A stretch of DNA of 64,000 nt, from contig JAPDJH010000002.1 of the NCBI GenBank assembly GCA_029259175.1, positions 32,001 through 96,000 of the forward strand. Reading direction: 5' to 3'. The notes under the pieces are model-generated. The model made no database searches. It was not told the origin of the DNA and saw only the letters and a program-made list of their open reading frames with translations. Source of the stretch: Hadesarchaea archaeon (GTDB taxonomy: Archaea > Hadarchaeota > Hadarchaeia > Hadarchaeales > Hadarchaeaceae). Below, one piece after another: positions 59,963-64,000 of the stretch (positions are counted from its first letter, which is position 1; every line of letters begins with the position of its first letter). The translations under genes were made by a program, and so were the position numbers.

Positions 59963-60006
59963 AACCCCTTTTATAAATGAAGATTCCACAGTTATAGGGA
60001 GTTGGT

Positions 60007-61914
60007 GTGGAACCGTTGAGTGAAAAATCAGCAGATAGCGGCGTTGGTCAGGAGATTGTGAAAAATCTGGCACTCTTGGAAGGCGAGGATGAGTACTTAA
60101 TGGAACTGGCAACCAAACTCGCACAACCTGTTCAAGTCCAATCACAATCTTCTGAGACCACGAGCATGGATCTTTCCGATTCTCTCGTCGAGGAGCTTGC
60201 ACAAAGATTAGAAAAAATGCAACCTTCTGCTCAGCCTTCTGTTGCCCAACCAGCTCAACCTACGGTTGCTCAGCCGGTCCCGCAACCCGCCGAGCTTCCA
60301 CCAGAACCAGAGGTTGATCTCCACGTAAAGATGCACGAGATGATATCGAGCATGGACGAAACCGTCCAGGAACTTTACACTAGAATTTCTGATCTTGAAA
60401 AACTTCGAGCTCCACAGGAGTTCACAGAATACTGTGTTTTTGAGCCTCCGCCAGGGTACCAAGAACTTGAACGTTATTGGATCCACAAGCCTTTCGTGTG
60501 GGCAGCGATTTTGTATTCCCCCGAACGCAACGAGCGGATGTACTATTTGGTAGAGCCGGCCCTTACGGTTGGTGAAAAAACTGCTCTGGAAATTCTCTAT
60601 CAAAACCTTTTAGAACGGATAACCTATGATCCTCGAATTAAAGATCGTGACAGGTTGTTGGAAGCGAAGGTCAATGAGATTTTGAGAGAGTATGGGATTG
60701 TCATGACGAAGAAATCCATTCAGAAACTCCTCTATTATCTCAAAAGGAACTATATCGGCTATGGTCGAATCGATGGTCTTATCCGGGACCCAAACATTGA
60801 GGACATCTCCTGCGATGGATGGAATGTTCCAATATTCGTGTACAGCAGGAAGTACCAAAGCCTGAGAACAAACATCATTTTCACAGATCAAAATGAGCTG
60901 GATTTGTTTGTTATTAGGTTGGTGGAGCGAGCTGGCAAGCAGATCACGTTGGCCAAGCCCACCGTGGACGCAGCTCTGCCCGAGGGGTACCGTTTGCAAG
61001 CCACATTGGGGAGTGAGGTCACGACGCGAGGAAGTTCGTTCTCCATCCGAAAGTTCGCAGAAGAACCGTTCACACCAATAGATCTCTTAGCGTATGGAAC
61101 GTTTTCTTCAGAGATGCTCGCATATCTATGGTTGGCCACCGAGAACAAGAAGAACATTATGGTCATCGGCGGTACTGCGAGTGGAAAGACATCGACCTTG
61201 AACGCACTTTCCATGTTTATCTGGCCCGATGCTAAAATTGTCAGTATCGAAGACACGCGCGAATTGGCGCTGTATCAAGAAAACTGGATTCCAAGTGTTA
61301 CGCGCCCAGCCCCTGGGGATCGGGCGATAGACATGTACGACTTGCTTCGGCAGGCGCTCCGGCAGCGACCGGAGGTAATTATTGTAGGTGAGGTTCGAGG
61401 AAAAGAAGCCCTTACCCTCTTCCAAGCGATGTCTACCGGCCACACGTGTTACGGAACCATGCACGCTGGTTCGATCCAAGAGATGGTGCACCGTCTCGAG
61501 GGGGAGCCAATAAACGTTCCCCACCACATGCTTGCAGCACTGGATATTGTGTGTCTCCAGTTACTCACGTATTTCAGAGATCAACGTGTGAGGCGGAATC
61601 AGAGTGTGGTAGAAATAGTGGGAATAGATCCAGCCACTGGGGCTCTAAGAACTAACAGAGTTTTTGAGCGCAACCCGCTAACCGACGAATTTGAACGGGT
61701 GGGAGAATCGCATGTGCTCAGAGAGATCGCTAAGGAGCGAGGTTGGAGCGCACTGGAGCTGGAGCAGGAGCTCACTAGGAGACGACAAGTGTTGGAGTAT
61801 CTGCACAGAAACAATATCCGCCGATTGAATGAGGTGGCGAGCGTGTTCCGCCAATACTATTATGAGCCAGAAAAAGTCATGGAGCAAATAGCTTCTGGCA
61901 AGCTGAGGGTCTAG
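60007..61914 (+). CDS. Type II/IV secretion (pilus assembly) ATPase
   Basis: DPNIEDISC, GGTASGKTS, IEDTRE, LRQRP, GEVRG, TGH. Confidence 0.93.
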   Translation: MEPLSEKSADSGVGQEIVKNLALLEGEDEYLMELATKLAQPVQVQSQSSETTSMDLSDSLVEELAQRLEKMQPSAQPSVAQPAQPTVAQPVPQPAELPPEPEVDLHVKMHEMISSMDETVQELYTRISDLEKLRAPQEFTEYCVFEPPPGYQELERYWIHKPFVWAAILYSPERNERMYYLVEPALTVGEKTALEILYQNLLERITYDPRIKDRDRLLEAKVNEILREYGIVMTKKSIQKLLYYLKRNYIGYGRIDGLIRDPNIEDISCDGWNVPIFVYSRKYQSLRTNIIFTDQNELDLFVIRLVERAGKQITLAKPTVDAALPEGYRLQATLGSEVTTRGSSFSIRKFAEEPFTPIDLLAYGTFSSEMLAYLWLATENKKNIMVIGGTASGKTSTLNALSMFIWPDAKIVSIEDTRELALYQENWIPSVTRPAPGDRAIDMYDLLRQALRQRPEVIIVGEVRGKEALTLFQAMSTGHTCYGTMHAGSIQEMVHRLEGEPINVPHHMLAALDIVCLQLLTYFRDQRVRRNQSVVEIVGIDPATGALRTNRVFERNPLTDEFERVGESHVLREIAKERGWSALELEQELTRRRQVLEYLHRNNIRRLNEVASVFRQYYYEPEKVMEQIASGKLRV

Positions 61915-61951
61915 TTTTATTTATTGTGCTATGATAAGATAGTTCGAGATA

Positions 61952-63787
61952 ATGAAATACAGTCACTTGGCGTTCAGATTGTTTGGCAGGTTTACTCGGG
62001 GAAAGAGATACGTGTCTTTACAGGAAGCTTTGAGAAAAGCCAGGATGCCAACGACAGCAGATGTGTATGTCTCGATGGCTTTCTTGTCGGCTTTGCTGGC
62101 GTCGGCTGCGGGAGTTGGTCTCGGATTCGTGGTGGGCTCTCTGCTGGGCTTGTCCACTTTAATGGTGGTCCTTTTGGTGATTTTGGTCGGCGCCTCGCTG
62201 GGAGGGCTAACATATCTTCTCACAATTCAGTATCCGGGCATTCTAGCCAGTGAGCGAGCGCGTAACATTGACTTGGCTCTCCCCTACGCTATAAGTTTTA
62301 TGCACGCACTGAGTAGAAGCGGGGCAACTGTAGTAGATATCTTTCGGGAATTGAGCGCGCGAACCGATGTGGGTGAGATCCAGAAAGAGGCCCAACAGTT
62401 CATGCGCGACATCGAATACCTCGGCAGGGATCCTCTTACAGCATTACGATCGCTCGCTCGCAGCACGCCTTCAGAGAAATTCAGAAGCTTCCTGGAAGTG
62501 CTGATTTCGATTGTCGAGACAGGAGGAGATATTGGTCCATACTTGGCTGGCAAGGTATCTGAGTACCACATGGGGATGAAAGAAGAAAACAAAAAGACCG
62601 TCTCCACCATGGAGCTCTTGACCGAAATTTACATCATCATAGTCCAATTTCTACCATTGCTCATGATGGCTATTTTTATTTACATGGGCTTCATGCCTGG
62701 CCAACAGATGAACATCTTTCTTCTCCAGTTGATGGCTTATTTGTGGGTTCCTCTAGGATCAATAATCTTCGCGATTCTGCTGGCTACTATCCCTCCCATA
62801 GAACTCAGGGGTCGCCCCCTGCTTGTTCGCTTGACGAGTCCATTCAAAGGCATCCCGGTGATTTCGGGTGGGGAATACGATCGACGAATTCTGAAAAAAC
62901 TGCGAGGAGGCATGCTAAGCATGAAGATAAAGAGGTTTCTCTCCAACCCCTTCAGACTATTCACACAAAATCCATCGTACGTGCTGTTCTTTAGTATTCC
63001 AGCAGGGATCCTTTATCTTCTTTACACTCCGCTGAGAACGTTAACTCTTTGCATAGGATTTTTGATCATGGTTGTACCGTATACGATTTTTTATGAATTC
63101 CGGTCTAGACGAGCAACACAGCTAGAACGATCTCTTCCCGACTTTTTGAAATCTCTTTCCAGCGCTTCTCGGTCGGGTCTGCCTCTCGCAAGAGCGCTCC
63201 AGGTAACATCAGGGGCCGAACTGGGAGTTTTGAGCCGAGAACTGGATCAAGTAGGTAGGGAGATCCAGTGGGGATCCTCGGCAACCGAAGCTCTCTCTAA
63301 ACTGGAAGCCCGGGTGTCTATTTCACCGACGACAGCACGTACCATCACTTTGATTCGAAGGGCAAGCGAAGCGGAAGAAGATATCTCGGATGTGATCGAT
63401 ATTGCTTTCAAGGATGTTCAGACCCGTCAAGAAATAGCGAAAGAGAGGAAATCGGCCATGAGTATTTATCGAATGATCATCTTAATGAGCTTTGTGATCT
63501 TCATTGTTACCATCTTTTTCATAGTCCAAAGCTACATGATGATGCCTATCAGTATGGAAGCAGGAGAAGTCAAAATCCAAGGCCTACCTCCCATGGACGT
63601 AAAGCTTCTCCTATATCGGTTAATGATATTTCAAGCGATGTTTACTGGAATTATTGCGGGACAAATTGGGAGCGGAGACGTAAAGAGTGGTCTCAAGTTT
63701 GCCATCTTGTTATTGTGCATAGCGATTTTGATGTTTGAGCTGATCATATTGCCTATGGGGCCTGCCCCCTCTGCTGCGACAGAATAA
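61952..63787 (+). CDS. Type II secretion F (TadC/FlaJ-like) platform protein, two GspF domains
   Basis: LPYA..M, TPS..F, LPDFL, multi-TM; adjacent to ATPase. Confidence 0.88.
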   Translation: MKYSHLAFRLFGRFTRGKRYVSLQEALRKARMPTTADVYVSMAFLSALLASAAGVGLGFVVGSLLGLSTLMVVLLVILVGASLGGLTYLLTIQYPGILASERARNIDLALPYAISFMHALSRSGATVVDIFRELSARTDVGEIQKEAQQFMRDIEYLGRDPLTALRSLARSTPSEKFRSFLEVLISIVETGGDIGPYLAGKVSEYHMGMKEENKKTVSTMELLTEIYIIIVQFLPLLMMAIFIYMGFMPGQQMNIFLLQLMAYLWVPLGSIIFAILLATIPPIELRGRPLLVRLTSPFKGIPVISGGEYDRRILKKLRGGMLSMKIKRFLSNPFRLFTQNPSYVLFFSIPAGILYLLYTPLRTLTLCIGFLIMVVPYTIFYEFRSRRATQLERSLPDFLKSLSSASRSGLPLARALQVTSGAELGVLSRELDQVGREIQWGSSATEALSKLEARVSISPTTARTITLIRRASEAEEDISDVIDIAFKDVQTRQEIAKERKSAMSIYRMIILMSFVIFIVTIFFIVQSYMMMPISMEAGEVKIQGLPPMDVKLLLYRLMIFQAMFTGIIAGQIGSGDVKSGLKFAILLLCIAILMFELIILPMGPAPSAATE

Positions 63788-63824
63788 AATAGGCAAACTG
63801 AGCAACCTAGATAAGGGTGTGTGA

Positions 63825-64000
63825 GTGGTAGGAGGACTAGGAAAAACCCTTGCTCTGTTGGCAATTCTTACTTTCATTTTACTAGGAGTCGGCACAGCTG
63901 TAGGATACTTGTTGGGAGTGCCTCCAACGTATTCTCTCGGAATAGCTCTGATGTTGGCTCTCGTTATGAATGCCAGCCTCTACTATGCTGCGGACAAATG
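63825..64000 (+). CDS. htpX: HtpX-like M48 protease, N-terminus (3' truncated)
   Basis: Manual translation MVGGLGKTLALLAILTFILLG...ALMLALVMNASLYYAADK fits the HtpX two-TM start; catalytic motif lies outside the window. Confidence 0.6.
   Translation, partial: MVGGLGKTLALLAILTFILLGVGTAVGYLLGVPPTYSLGIALMLALVMNASLYYAADK

Overview
Gene-dense archaeal chromosome segment. Evidence for an archaeon: thermosome, rps19e/rpl39e/rpl31e/aIF6/rpl18a/pfdA/ftsY cluster, GGTGA-type RBS and TATA promoters. The gene content suggests an anaerobe; a Hadarchaeota-like lineage is only a guess. In order, the window holds: a metal/thiol-redox cluster (0.9-12.5 kb); a deaminase/GDH/IorAB/acyl-CoA synthetase catabolic region bracketed by two copies of a ~295-bp highly structured non-coding element; a small Cas2/VapD-like ORF framed by identical palindromes; a complete trpEGDCFBA operon with TRP-box-like operators; AMP phosphorylase; thermosome; an aldehyde:ferredoxin oxidoreductase-hexulose-6-phosphate synthase (AOR-HPS) fusion; a GH15; tRNA-Gly(GCC); a translation/RNA-processing operon; a his cluster lacking hisF/hisH; and a type IV pilus-like ATPase/platform pair. 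The best leads for undescribed biology are the structured repeat, the AOR-HPS fusion and the palindrome-framed Cas2-like gene. All calls come from manual motif recognition; no searches or folding programs were run.
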